Source: Methylorubrum extorquens
GTDB lineage: Bacteria; Pseudomonadota; Alphaproteobacteria; Rhizobiales; Beijerinckiaceae
Direction of reading: 5' to 3'
DNA: 32,000 nucleotides
Assembly (NCBI GenBank): GCA_900234795.1
Contig: LT962688.1
Location: forward strand, 3,330,001-3,362,000
A program made the translations under genes and the position numbers. The notes beneath the pieces were generated by a model. It was not told the origin of the DNA and did not search any database. It worked only from the letters and a program-made list of their open reading frames with translations. Of the stretch, positions 1 through 8,042 are shown one piece after another; position 1 is the stretch's first letter, and each line of letters opens with the position of its first letter.

Positions 1-363
1 ACCTTCCTCGCCGACTTCCCCCAAGCCGACGAGAAGCGGCGGGCGCAGGAGCGGCAGCGCCTCGCCCACGCGCCGACGGTGGTAGGTGTCGTCTCCCGCG
101 CCGGGCCCCACGTCAAAATTCCGGAATGGGAGCAGGTACTGTCGGTGGGCGCCGTCTGCATGAACCTCGTGGTCGCCGCCAACGCGGCGGGCTACGCCAC
201 CGCCTGGCTCACCGAGTGGTTCGCCTATGACCGCCGGGTGCTCGATGCGCTCGGCCTCGACCCGGCCGAGCGCATCGCCGGCTTCATCCATATCGGCCGC
301 GCCCGCGAGGTGCCCTCCGACCGGCCGCGGCCGGACCTCGCCCAGATCGTCACGCGGCTTTGA
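1..363 (+). CDS. nitroreductase-family protein, C-terminal part (5' end lies outside the window)
   Basis: Frame 1 is open from base 1 to the TGA at 361-363. The translation (TFLADFPQADEKRRAQERQRLAHAPTVVGVVSR...AAGYATAWLTEW...GFIHIG) resembles the C-terminal half of the NAD(P)H nitroreductase fold. GC3 is high. Confidence 0.7.
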   Translation, partial: TFLADFPQADEKRRAQERQRLAHAPTVVGVVSRAGPHVKIPEWEQVLSVGAVCMNLVVAANAAGYATAWLTEWFAYDRRVLDALGLDPAERIAGFIHIGRAREVPSDRPRPDLAQIVTRL

Positions 364-373
364 GGCTGACCCC

Positions 374-979
374 ATGTATTACGAGGCCGAGACGCCCAGC
401 CTGCCGCACAACCCGCTGAAAGCCATCGTCGCCCCGCGTCCGATCGGCTGGATCAGCGCCATGGACCGGGCGGGGCGGGTGAACCTCGCGCCCTACTCGT
501 TCTTCAACGCGGTCGGCGGCGAGCCCGACATGGTGATGTTCTCCTCCTCGGGCCGCAAGGACGCGATGACCTTCGCGGAAGAGGGCGGCGAGTTCGTGTG
601 CAGCCTCGCCACCTTCGACCTGCGCGAGGCGGTCAACGCCACCTCGGCGCCGCTGGCACGGGGCGAGAGCGAGTTCGGCTTTGCCGGGTTGACCCCCGCG
701 CCGTCGCGCCGCGTGCGCCCGCCCCGCGTCGCGGAATCGCCCGCGGCGATCGAGTGCAAGTGGCTTCAGACCGTGCCGCTGGTGCCGCTCGGCGGCGGTG
801 AGCCGGCGAATTTCATGGTGATCGGGCAGGTGGTCTCGATCTACGTGGACGACCGCTTCGTGAAGGACGGCCGGGTCGATACCGGCGCCATGCGCCCGAT
901 CCTGCGCGGCGGCTATTTCGACTACTTCACCACCGAGTCCGAGAACCGGTTCGAGCTGCGACGGCCGAAGGCCGGCTGA
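374..979 (+). CDS. flavin reductase family protein (FMN-binding split-barrel)
   Basis: ATG at 374, 10 nt after the upstream stop. The longer track ORF from 227 overlaps the previous gene. The product MYYEAETPSLPHNPLKAIVAPRPIGWISAMD...NLAPYSFFNAV...MVMFSS is typical of flavin reductase-like domain proteins. Confidence 0.8.
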   Translation: MYYEAETPSLPHNPLKAIVAPRPIGWISAMDRAGRVNLAPYSFFNAVGGEPDMVMFSSSGRKDAMTFAEEGGEFVCSLATFDLREAVNATSAPLARGESEFGFAGLTPAPSRRVRPPRVAESPAAIECKWLQTVPLVPLGGGEPANFMVIGQVVSIYVDDRFVKDGRVDTGAMRPILRGGYFDYFTTESENRFELRRPKAG

Positions 980-1119
980 GGGCGTGGGGTGAGGTCTCGA
1001 TCGGCGTGATCGCTGCTTGGTCTGCGGAACCCAGGAACCGAGGCCCCGGAACACGGCCGAGCGCCTGCGGTTGGTGACGCAGGACGGCAGCACGACCTGC
1101 CGCACGCGGGAGCGAATGC

Positions 1120-1383
1120 ATGATGGGACTGTCTGGACGCGGAATTCTCCTGGGTGCTGCGCTTCTCACCGGTCTCGCCGGCAGCGCTGCGGCGGCCGAG
1201 GACAAACGGGCCGCTTCCCCGTCCCCGGCAAAAGACCGGAATGAGGCCGCCCCCTCCACCGGCAGCGTGGGCGCGGGTGGACTGACCGGCTCGGGCGCCA
1301 CGAAGGACGGAGCCCGCACCGGCGCCTCGGATACGCCGCGCCCCGCCGGATCCTCGGCTCCGGCCGCCGGGACCGCCCGTTAG
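1120..1383 (+). CDS. hypothetical small exported protein, low complexity
   Basis: N-terminal signal-peptide-like segment (MMGLSGRGILLGAALLTGLAGSAAAAE) followed by an Ala/Gly/Pro/Ser-rich tail. The competing antisense ORFs are Arg-rich shadows. Confidence 0.45.
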   Translation: MMGLSGRGILLGAALLTGLAGSAAAAEDKRAASPSPAKDRNEAAPSTGSVGAGGLTGSGATKDGARTGASDTPRPAGSSAPAAGTAR

Positions 1384-1411
1384 GCAGAGCGATCCCGGTC
1401 ACACCGATCGC

Positions 1412-2404
1412 CTATTGTGCGCGCCGGCCGAACGACACTGCGTAGGCCTGAACACGCGCATCGATGAGCGGATCGTCCGACACGTCGATACCGTCGGTGA
1501 GCGCGTTCGGCATGAACAGCAGCGCCTTCTCGGCCTCGGCGCTGTTCGGCACGACCTTGGTGACCGTCAGCGTGCCGAGGTCGAGGGTCTTCCGGCTCTC
1601 CGGCCACGGCTTCGTGGCGTCGTTGGTGAGATCGCCCGCCTCAGCCAGCTGCGCCAGCACCCGGAACTTCGCCGGCTCCTTCGCGACGCGCGGGCCGATC
1701 TCGTCCACGAGGTAGTTCGGCTCCCGCTTGGCCGCCTCCTCGGCGGACAGAATCTCCTCGCCCTGAACCGGGACGACCCGGAACCGGAACGGCTGCCGCT
1801 TGCCGTCCTTATCGACGAAAACGAAGGCGTTGACGCCGTTATAGGTCTGCCGGGCGAAGCTCGACGGGGTCTTGGCCGTGGAACCCGCCGTGGCGGCGGC
1901 CGGGTGCGTGGCGACGAAGCGCTCCAGTGCGGTGGGCTTCTTTGCGTCCGGCCCGCTCTCGGACACCGCCTTCAGCAGGTCGCGGAACTCCTCGCCGGTG
2001 GCGACAGGGAAATAGGCGAGCGAGTTCAGGACGACGTCCATATCCGAGCCGTCGCCGAGTCTGAACTTGAGCGACATGCCGTGAGGATTGGCGTTGGCGG
2101 CGCCGTCCGCGATCGTCGGAACGCCTGTCGCATCCGAGAAGCGGATCGTCACCGGCACGGCCGGCCCCGCGAACAGGGACGCCTTGCTGATCTTCGCCGC
2201 GTCGGCGGAGGGGGTGAAGCTGCCCTCGCCGACCACGCCCTTGGCGTGGTTGGCCCGCTTTCCGGGATGCTTGCCGAACAGGGTGTTCATGACGTCGATG
2301 GTCTGCTCGGCCGTCGAGCTGTCCTGCGCTCGGGCCGGAAGGCCGCCGAGGAGAGCCAGCGCGATACCCGCAGCCAGGGCACGTCCGTATCGTGAGACCA
2401 CCAT
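1412..2404 (-). CDS. catalase-related (SrpA-like) haem protein, exported
   Basis: ATG at 2404 is preceded by GAGAGGAA. A signal peptide ends in ARAQD. Conserved catalase-core-like blocks are present (FGKHPGKRANHAKG, VPVTIRFSD, NPHGMSLKF, DPLIDARVQAY). Confidence 0.85.
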   Translation of the reverse strand: MVVSRYGRALAAGIALALLGGLPARAQDSSTAEQTIDVMNTLFGKHPGKRANHAKGVVGEGSFTPSADAAKISKASLFAGPAVPVTIRFSDATGVPTIADGAANANPHGMSLKFRLGDGSDMDVVLNSLAYFPVATGEEFRDLLKAVSESGPDAKKPTALERFVATHPAAATAGSTAKTPSSFARQTYNGVNAFVFVDKDGKRQPFRFRVVPVQGEEILSAEEAAKREPNYLVDEIGPRVAKEPAKFRVLAQLAEAGDLTNDATKPWPESRKTLDLGTLTVTKVVPNSAEAEKALLFMPNALTDGIDVSDDPLIDARVQAYAVSFGRRAQ

Positions 2405-2576
2405 TCATTCCTCTCGGGGCATGCCGCGACATGGGACAGGGGCCGCCCTCGCGAAATGGAACGGTTTTAATCCAAAGCCAAGCGCCGCTGCTCCGGTTAC
2501 GAACATGCGCTGGCGCTCGCCCTCTGCCGCGAACCGGATATTGGCCCTCGTGTCGCCGCTCCCGCGCTTGCAGGGC

Positions 2577-2882
2577 TCACGAACAATCCGGCTCGCCGGG
2601 GATCGCTTCGAAGAGCTGCGGGCCGGGGTTCTGACGCGGGTGATGGACGATCCGCACCTCCAGGCGGCACGGGCCGGCGCGCACGCGGAAGCGAGCGGCG
2701 TCCAGGCGCTCGACCGAGTCGATCGGGCGACCTTCCAAAGCCTTGGCGGCTGCTTCCAGAACCCTTTGGAACTCACGCAGGCGCTGCCAGGTGGGGGCCA
2801 GCGCGCTCCGTGCGGGTGTGGCGAGGATCACGCCGACGAGGAGTGCCGCCAAAGCCGGGACCGCTCGCTTCCCTGATGCCAT
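2577..2882 (-). CDS. hypothetical exported protein
   Basis: ATG at 2882. Signal-like N-terminus (MASGKRAVPALAALLVGVILATPARSA). It lies directly upstream of, and co-directional with, the catalase-related gene. No recognisable domain. Confidence 0.5.
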   Translation of the reverse strand: MASGKRAVPALAALLVGVILATPARSALAPTWQRLREFQRVLEAAAKALEGRPIDSVERLDAARFRVRAGPCRLEVRIVHHPRQNPGPQLFEAIPGEPDCS

Positions 2883-2943
2883 GGCTCGATCCAGGTTTAG
2901 GAACGTGGTGGGTCGGCAGGCCGGCAGGGTTATGATGCCGAAA

Positions 2944-2992
2944 GCATCGTCTTCTTCGAAAGCCGGTGACCAGCTTTCGGGACGATGCTCTA
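2944..2992 (+). repeat. solo stem-loop-2 module of the MITE-like repeat family (see 17540-17646)
   Basis: Sequence agcatcgtc-ttctt-cgaaagc-cggtgacca-gctttcg-g-gacgatgct-cta. It has perfect 9-bp outer and 7-bp inner stems and matches the right half of the two full copies. Its last 3 nt are the GST stop codon on the opposite strand. Confidence 0.7.
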
Positions 2993-3577
2993 ACCGCCGA
3001 TCCCGAGCCCGGCCTCGACGCGGGCGATCCAGGCCCGCAGCGCCGGATAGGGCGTGAGATCGAAGCCGCCCTCGTGAGCAAGACGGGTGTAGGCCACGAG
3101 GGCCACGTCGGCGAGGCTCAGGTCAGAGCCGACGAGGAAGGGCCGCTCCGCCAGGGCGCCCTCCATCAGCGCGAGCGCGGCGTGGCCCCGCTCGAACAGC
3201 TTCGGTTCCAGTTCGGCCTCCGACCGGCCGAGATAGAGAAGCTGAAAGCGGCGCACGGCGATGTACGGCTCGTGGCTGTACTGCTCCCAGAACAGCCATT
3301 GCCGCATCTTCGCCTGCGCGAAGGCATCCGCCGGGATCAGCGCGGAATCGCGGGCGAGATAGCCGATGATCGCGTTCGATTCGGCGAGGCTGCGCCCGTC
3401 CTCCAGCACGAGGGTCGGCACGCGCCCGTCCGGGTTGAGGGCGAGGAAGTCGGGGGTGCGCGTCTCACCCTTCAGGATGTCGAGCTCGCGCCAGTCGAGG
3501 TCGATCCCGAGATGCGCCGCGACCCAGGCCACCTTCAGGCAATTGCCCGACTTGCGGTCGCCGTAGACGATCAACAT
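2990..3577 (-). CDS. glutathione S-transferase
   Basis: ATG at 3577 is preceded by CAGGAGAGG. The product starts MLIVYGDRKSGNCLKVAWV...LNPDGRVPTLVLEDGRSLAESNAIIGYL, a GST N-terminal thioredoxin-like motif followed by a C-terminal helical domain. The 48-codon upstream extension in the track ORF is Arg/Gly-rich and was rejected. Confidence 0.9.
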   Translation of the reverse strand: MLIVYGDRKSGNCLKVAWVAAHLGIDLDWRELDILKGETRTPDFLALNPDGRVPTLVLEDGRSLAESNAIIGYLARDSALIPADAFAQAKMRQWLFWEQYSHEPYIAVRRFQLLYLGRSEAELEPKLFERGHAALALMEGALAERPFLVGSDLSLADVALVAYTRLAHEGGFDLTPYPALRAWIARVEAGLGIGG

Positions 3578-3615
3578 GGCAACCTCTCCTGTCCCGCTTG
3601 CGCCCGAGGGATGCC

Positions 3616-4278
3616 TCACCCGGCGCCGTCGCGCGGCCGGACCGCGACGCTCGCCGGGGCCCGCACCACGACCCACTCGAAGCCGTTTTGCTGCACCGCC
3701 GCAAGCCGCTCGGGTGAGCAATCCTCGCCCGCTGTCACCATGTCGAAGGCGGCCACCCCAGCGGCCGCGGCGGCGAGGCGGACAAGGCTGCGAGCCTGGA
3801 CAAGCGCGCCCGTTTCTCGCAGAACGACCGCAAGCGCCGTCGCGTCAAGGCCGAGGCCGGTCAGCCGCGGGCTCGCTCCGGCAAAGCTGCGGGCGTCGAG
3901 CACGCCGAGGGGATGGCCGATCACCGCGAGGATCGCGGTCGCGCCGTCGGGCAGGCCGGCCTGCGCCTCGCAGACGGCGAGCCGGCCCCCGAGGCCGGCC
4001 ACGTCCCGGCCGGAGCGCGCATCGCGCAGCAGCACGCCGTCCGGCCCTTGCGCCATGAGTGCATCGAGGCTGGACTGGTCGGGACCGTTGAGCGCCGCGT
4101 AGAGCGTCAGATCCGGCCGGCGCGCCCGCAGATCCGCCACGAGCCCCGGAGGAAGCGCCGCTTCGAACACCAGAGCATCGGCGCCCGCCGCCAGAGCCGC
4201 ATCAGCCGATGCCGCGTCCACGATGACGACGGCCCGGCGCAGGCCGTCAGGCTCGGATCGGGGCGAGGCGGGGCGCAT
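3616..4278 (-). CDS. HpcH/CitE-like (aldolase / citrate-lyase beta fold) protein, apparently degenerate
   Basis: ATG at 4278. The layout is collinear with CitE-like proteins (GADALVFE...PDGVLLRD...GLPDGATAILAVIGHPLGVLDA...ASPRLTGLGLDATAL), but several signature positions are replaced. It lies 38 nt upstream of the GST gene on the same strand. Confidence 0.55.
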   Translation of the reverse strand: MRPASPRSEPDGLRRAVVIVDAASADAALAAGADALVFEAALPPGLVADLRARRPDLTLYAALNGPDQSSLDALMAQGPDGVLLRDARSGRDVAGLGGRLAVCEAQAGLPDGATAILAVIGHPLGVLDARSFAGASPRLTGLGLDATALAVVLRETGALVQARSLVRLAAAAAGVAAFDMVTAGEDCSPERLAAVQQNGFEWVVVRAPASVAVRPRDGAG

Positions 4279-4457
4279 ACGGCCTTCGATGGATCGGGGC
4301 GGATTCAGAACGGCGCCTTTCTGCCCAAGCGGGCGGAAAACCTACGCTTTCTTGTGGCGAGACAGGTTGGGAAACGGTCTCATTCAAGCTTCCTTTACCA
4401 TATGTGCAGGAAAGTCGGGTCTCGCGGGGCCGAGTGACGGTCCCGGCGGGACACGTC

Positions 4458-5576
4458 ATGTTCCTGTTCAACAATTCTCCCGTCGCCACCCGCGAGACGG
4501 CCGCCCCGGCGCGGGCCGCCGCGGCGAGCGGAGAGGTCGTCGATGCGATCCGCGAAGGGGCGCAGACGAGCGGCGTCGGCTTCGATTACCTGCTCGCCAC
4601 GGCCCAGCGCGAATCGAGCCTCAACCCTTCGGCTAAGGCGAGCACCTCCACCGCGACCGGCCTGTTTCAGTTCATCGAGCAGACCTGGCTCGGCGTCATG
4701 AAGAATGCCGGGCCCAAGCTCGGCCTCTCCTCCTACGCCGACGCGATCTCCTCGAGCGCGGATGGCCGCTACAGCGTGGCGGATCCGGCGGCGCGGCAGG
4801 CGATCCTCGACCTGCGCCGCGATCCCAAGGTCTCGGCGGCGATGGCGGGCGCGCTGACGCAGCGCAACGGCGAGGCGCTGAGCGCGGCGCTCGGGCGTGA
4901 GCCGAATGCGGGCGACCTCTACGCGGCCCATGTCCTCGGGGCGAAGGGCGCGAGCGCCCTGATCGCGTCGGCGCAGGCGAACCCGTCCCGGCCCGCCGCC
5001 CTCGACATGCCGGAGGCGGCCGCCGCCAACCGCAGCCTGTTCTACGACCGCGCCGGGCGCCCGCGCAGCGCCTCCGAACTCTACGGATTGTTGAGCCAGA
5101 CCACCACCGGCGTGGCGACCCCGGTCGCGACCGCCGCGGCCGACGCGAACCCGCCGACGTCCTACGCCTCGCTGGAGGGCGGCCTGCGCTCGCTGTTCCA
5201 GACCGACCGGCGCCAGGGCGCGGTCTCGGAAGGGGTGGCCAAGCTCTGGCAGAACCGCGCCGCCGCAAGCACGGCGGAGCGCAGCGGCCCGACCTACTTC
5301 CCGCGCTCCGACGCCTGGAACGAGACCGAGAGCACGGCCGCGCCGAGCGCCGCCAGAAGCGACATCACGACGACGGACTCGGCCGTGGCGGACACCGCGG
5401 CCGCCTCGGAGGCCATCGTCGTGCCGCTGCCGCCGCGCCGGCCCGCCGGACTGACGGCGATGGCGGCAGCGACCACCACCTTCATGGCCGGCCCGACGAC
5501 GGACCGGCCGCCCGCCACACCTGCGAAAAACTCGCTGTTCGATCCCTCCGCCTTCCGGCTCAGGAGCGGCTCATGA
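4458..5576 (+). CDS. lytic transglycosylase (SLT domain) protein with long Ala/Pro/Thr-rich C-terminal region
   Basis: SLT family signature ATAQRESSLNPSAKASTSTATGLFQFIEQTW (catalytic E-S, GLxQ). I prefer the ATG at 4458; a GTG at 4404 is an alternative start. The stop overlaps the next gene's start (ATGA at 5573-5576). Confidence 0.75.
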   Translation: MFLFNNSPVATRETAAPARAAAASGEVVDAIREGAQTSGVGFDYLLATAQRESSLNPSAKASTSTATGLFQFIEQTWLGVMKNAGPKLGLSSYADAISSSADGRYSVADPAARQAILDLRRDPKVSAAMAGALTQRNGEALSAALGREPNAGDLYAAHVLGAKGASALIASAQANPSRPAALDMPEAAAANRSLFYDRAGRPRSASELYGLLSQTTTGVATPVATAAADANPPTSYASLEGGLRSLFQTDRRQGAVSEGVAKLWQNRAAASTAERSGPTYFPRSDAWNETESTAAPSAARSDITTTDSAVADTAAASEAIVVPLPPRRPAGLTAMAAATTTFMAGPTTDRPPATPAKNSLFDPSAFRLRSGS

Positions 5577-7258
5577 TTCTCCGCCAGTTCCTCACCCTCA
5601 CCCAGAACGCATCCCCCGAGCGGCGCGCCGAGGCCGCGGGCGCGCTGACGCGCAGCTACCTCCAGGGCACGCTGGGCCCGGAGGCGGCCTGGGAAGCCAA
5701 ACCGGCCCTGCTCGCCCTGCTCGACGACCCCGCCGCGGCGGTGCGCCGGGCGCTGGCGCAGGCCTGCGCCGATTCGGATCAGGCACCGCGCCCGCTGATC
5801 GTGGCGCTCGCCTCCGACCAGCCGGACATTGCTTGCCTCGTGCTGGCGCGCTCGCCCGTGCTGATGGATGCCGACCTCGTCGATTGCGTCGCGATGGGCT
5901 GCGAGGAAACCCGCACCGCGGTGGCTGGGCGGCTCGACCTGTCGAAGCCGGTCGCCGCCGCCCTGGCGGAGGTGGGCGGCGCCCCCTCGCTCATCGCCCT
6001 GGCACAGAATCCCTATGCCGCGATCGGCACCGCCGCGCTGCTGCGGATGGTCGAGCGGCACGGCGACGACGCGGCCCTGCGCCAAGCCCTGCTCGCGCGC
6101 ACCGATCTCGCCATCGAGGTGCGCCATGCCATCGTCACCCTGATCGCCGAGCAACTCTCGCGCTTCGGCCAGGATGCCGGCTGGATCAGCTCCGAGCGCG
6201 GCGCCCGCACCGCCCGCGAGGCCCGCGACGCGGCAGCCCTTGCGCTCAGCGACGAGGCCGGGGAAGCAGGGCTCGCCCGGCTCGTCGCGCATCTGCGGGT
6301 GCAGGAGCAGCTCACCGCCGGGCTGATGCTGCGGGCGGTTCTCTCCCTGCGCCTGCCCTTCGCGGAGATGGCGCTGGCCGAGTTGAGCGGACTGAGCCGC
6401 GCCCGCGTCGCCGGGCTGATGCGCGAGCCGCAGGGGGCGGGCTTTTCCGCCCTGCACCGCCGCGCAGGCTTGCCCGACCTGCTGCTGCCGGCGGTGCGCG
6501 CGGCGCTGACCGTGTGGCGCGATTCCAATGACGGCCGCAACGGCATCGACGGGCCGCGTCTCGCCCGCTCGATGATCGAGGCGGCGCTGACCGCCTGCGA
6601 GACCCTGCCCTTCACCGAGGCGCGCGGCCTGATGGCGCTGCTCGCCCGCTTCGAGGCCGAGGCGGCCCGGGACGAGGCCCGCATCCTGGCGCACGAACAG
6701 GCCGAGGCGCAGGCGCGGGAAACGGGCGAGGCCGCCATCCTGCTCACCGCACCGGCGCCGGTGGAGGTCGTCGCCACGACCGCGCCCTCCGAGATCCTCG
6801 TCCTGTCCCCGGCCTCTGCCACGTTGGAGCCGAACATGCCCGACGCCTCGACCGCGTGGCCGCTGGCGCCGCGGCCGGAAGACCGGATCGGCGCGACCGT
6901 GGTCTCGGCCGGGCCGGACGCGGCGATCGTGCCGGACTCGGCCGAGATCGTGCTCGCCGGCCTCGCCGACGCGATCATCGCGCAGTTCATGGCCGACCGG
7001 GCCGCCGCCACGGCGCCGATCCCGGCCCTGATCGCAGCGCCCTCGCCGGAGCCGCTGCCGGAGATGGTTCCGGAACTGTTGCCTGAACTCCTGCCGGAAC
7101 TCGTGCCCGAAATCTCGGCCGAACCCCTGCCCGAGATCTTGGTCGCGCCCAAGCGCGTCGCACGCCCGCGCGCGATCGCCGTGGCGGTGGCCGCCGGCAT
7201 GATCCCGGAACACCTGATCCTCAGCTACCGCGCGGACCGGGAGCGCCTCGCCGCGTGA
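5573..7258 (+). CDS. DUF2336-type (HEAT-like repeat) protein with proline/glutamate-rich repeat tail
   Basis: ATGA overlap with the SLT gene. The N-terminal 330 aa resemble DUF2336 proteins of alphaproteobacteria (ERRAEAAGALTRSYL...LASDQPDIACLVLARSPVLMDADLVDCV...). The C-terminus is low complexity. Confidence 0.7.
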   Translation: MILRQFLTLTQNASPERRAEAAGALTRSYLQGTLGPEAAWEAKPALLALLDDPAAAVRRALAQACADSDQAPRPLIVALASDQPDIACLVLARSPVLMDADLVDCVAMGCEETRTAVAGRLDLSKPVAAALAEVGGAPSLIALAQNPYAAIGTAALLRMVERHGDDAALRQALLARTDLAIEVRHAIVTLIAEQLSRFGQDAGWISSERGARTAREARDAAALALSDEAGEAGLARLVAHLRVQEQLTAGLMLRAVLSLRLPFAEMALAELSGLSRARVAGLMREPQGAGFSALHRRAGLPDLLLPAVRAALTVWRDSNDGRNGIDGPRLARSMIEAALTACETLPFTEARGLMALLARFEAEAARDEARILAHEQAEAQARETGEAAILLTAPAPVEVVATTAPSEILVLSPASATLEPNMPDASTAWPLAPRPEDRIGATVVSAGPDAAIVPDSAEIVLAGLADAIIAQFMADRAAATAPIPALIAAPSPEPLPEMVPELLPELLPELVPEISAEPLPEILVAPKRVARPRAIAVAVAAGMIPEHLILSYRADRERLAA

Positions 7259-7315
7259 GCCGGTCTTAGCGCGGAGGCCTTGGCGCGGAGACGGCTTGTA
7301 CGCCGCCTCGGCGCC

Positions 7316-7900
7316 CTAGGCCTCGGCCGACGCCCAAGGCCGCATCGCCTGCGGTCCGACGATGTCGAGCGGCGGCTCGAAATCGCTGGCCCGGCCGCGC
7401 ATCGCCTCCGGCGATTCCGGGAAGCCGCTGCGGCGGCCATAATCGCTGCGGACCCGGCGCGAGGGACGAAGCGGCGCCTCCGACAGGTTGTGGGCGCAGA
7501 CCACATCGAGGGCGGTGACGCCGGCCAGGGCCATCAGCGCGATCATCGCGTTGCCCCGTTTCGGGTTGGTCTCCTCCAGGGCCGGCAGCACCGTGGCGAT
7601 ATCGACGGCATCACCCCCGACCCGCCCCCAGATCCAGGGCGTGGGATCCTGCGTGCCGAGGATGCCGACGCCGGTGACGATCTCGCGCACGCCGTAAGCT
7701 TGGATGACGGAAGTCAGCTCGGGCTTTCCGAGCCAGCGGGCGATCGCCGCGCCGCCGACGATCTCGGCGGCGCCGAGACCGAGTGAGAACCAGCCGAGTC
7801 CCTGGGCGAGCCCTTCCGTCGCCGGATCGGGCCGTCGTCGGGAATCAGGCGCGATCCGAGCGAGCGCGCCGCCGTTCGATCTGTCGCTGTCGCGGGCCAT
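7316..7900 (-). CDS. hypothetical membrane protein
   Basis: ATG at 7900 is preceded by a strong GGAGGTG. It has two to three hydrophobic segments (GLGWFSLGLGAAEIVGGAAI, VREIVTGVGILG, AMIALMALAGVTALDVV). It lies downstream of, and co-directional with, the Zn-ADH gene. Confidence 0.6.
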   Translation of the reverse strand: MARDSDRSNGGALARIAPDSRRRPDPATEGLAQGLGWFSLGLGAAEIVGGAAIARWLGKPELTSVIQAYGVREIVTGVGILGTQDPTPWIWGRVGGDAVDIATVLPALEETNPKRGNAMIALMALAGVTALDVVCAHNLSEAPLRPSRRVRSDYGRRSGFPESPEAMRGRASDFEPPLDIVGPQAMRPWASAEA

Positions 7901-7934
7901 GACACCTCCGCTTTCGAGATTGAATCGGGTCATA

Positions 7935-7971
7935 CCAAATCCGGTTGATCCCTTCGGGATGGCGGATTTGG
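7935..7971 (-). other. extended hairpin (9-bp + 5-bp stems) in the ADH / membrane-protein intergenic region
   Basis: ccaaatccg-gttg-atccc-ttc-gggat-gg-cggatttgg. The outer 9-bp arms are perfect. Confidence 0.5.
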
Positions 7972-8000
7972 GCTTCGCTCAAGCGCCGCGCGGGCTGACC

Positions 8001-8037
8001 GATACGGTTCCCGCTTTGATCAAGCGGAAACCGTATC
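8001..8037 (-). terminator. hairpin immediately after the ADH stop (possible terminator or REP-like element; no clear T-tract)
   Basis: gatacggttcccgctt-tgatc-aagcggaaaccgtatc: 16-bp arms with one mismatch, beginning 6 nt downstream of the stop at 8043. Confidence 0.35.
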
Positions 8038-8042
8038 AGTCG

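Noticed and set aside
5294-7213. 639-aa minus-strand ORF, plus the 395-aa ORF 6013-7200, antisense to the DUF2336 gene
   Set aside because: These are shadow ORFs typical of ~70% GC DNA. The products are Arg/Gly/Ala/Pro-rich with no recognisable domain, while the plus-strand frame has the family-like sequence and an ATGA coupling to the SLT gene.
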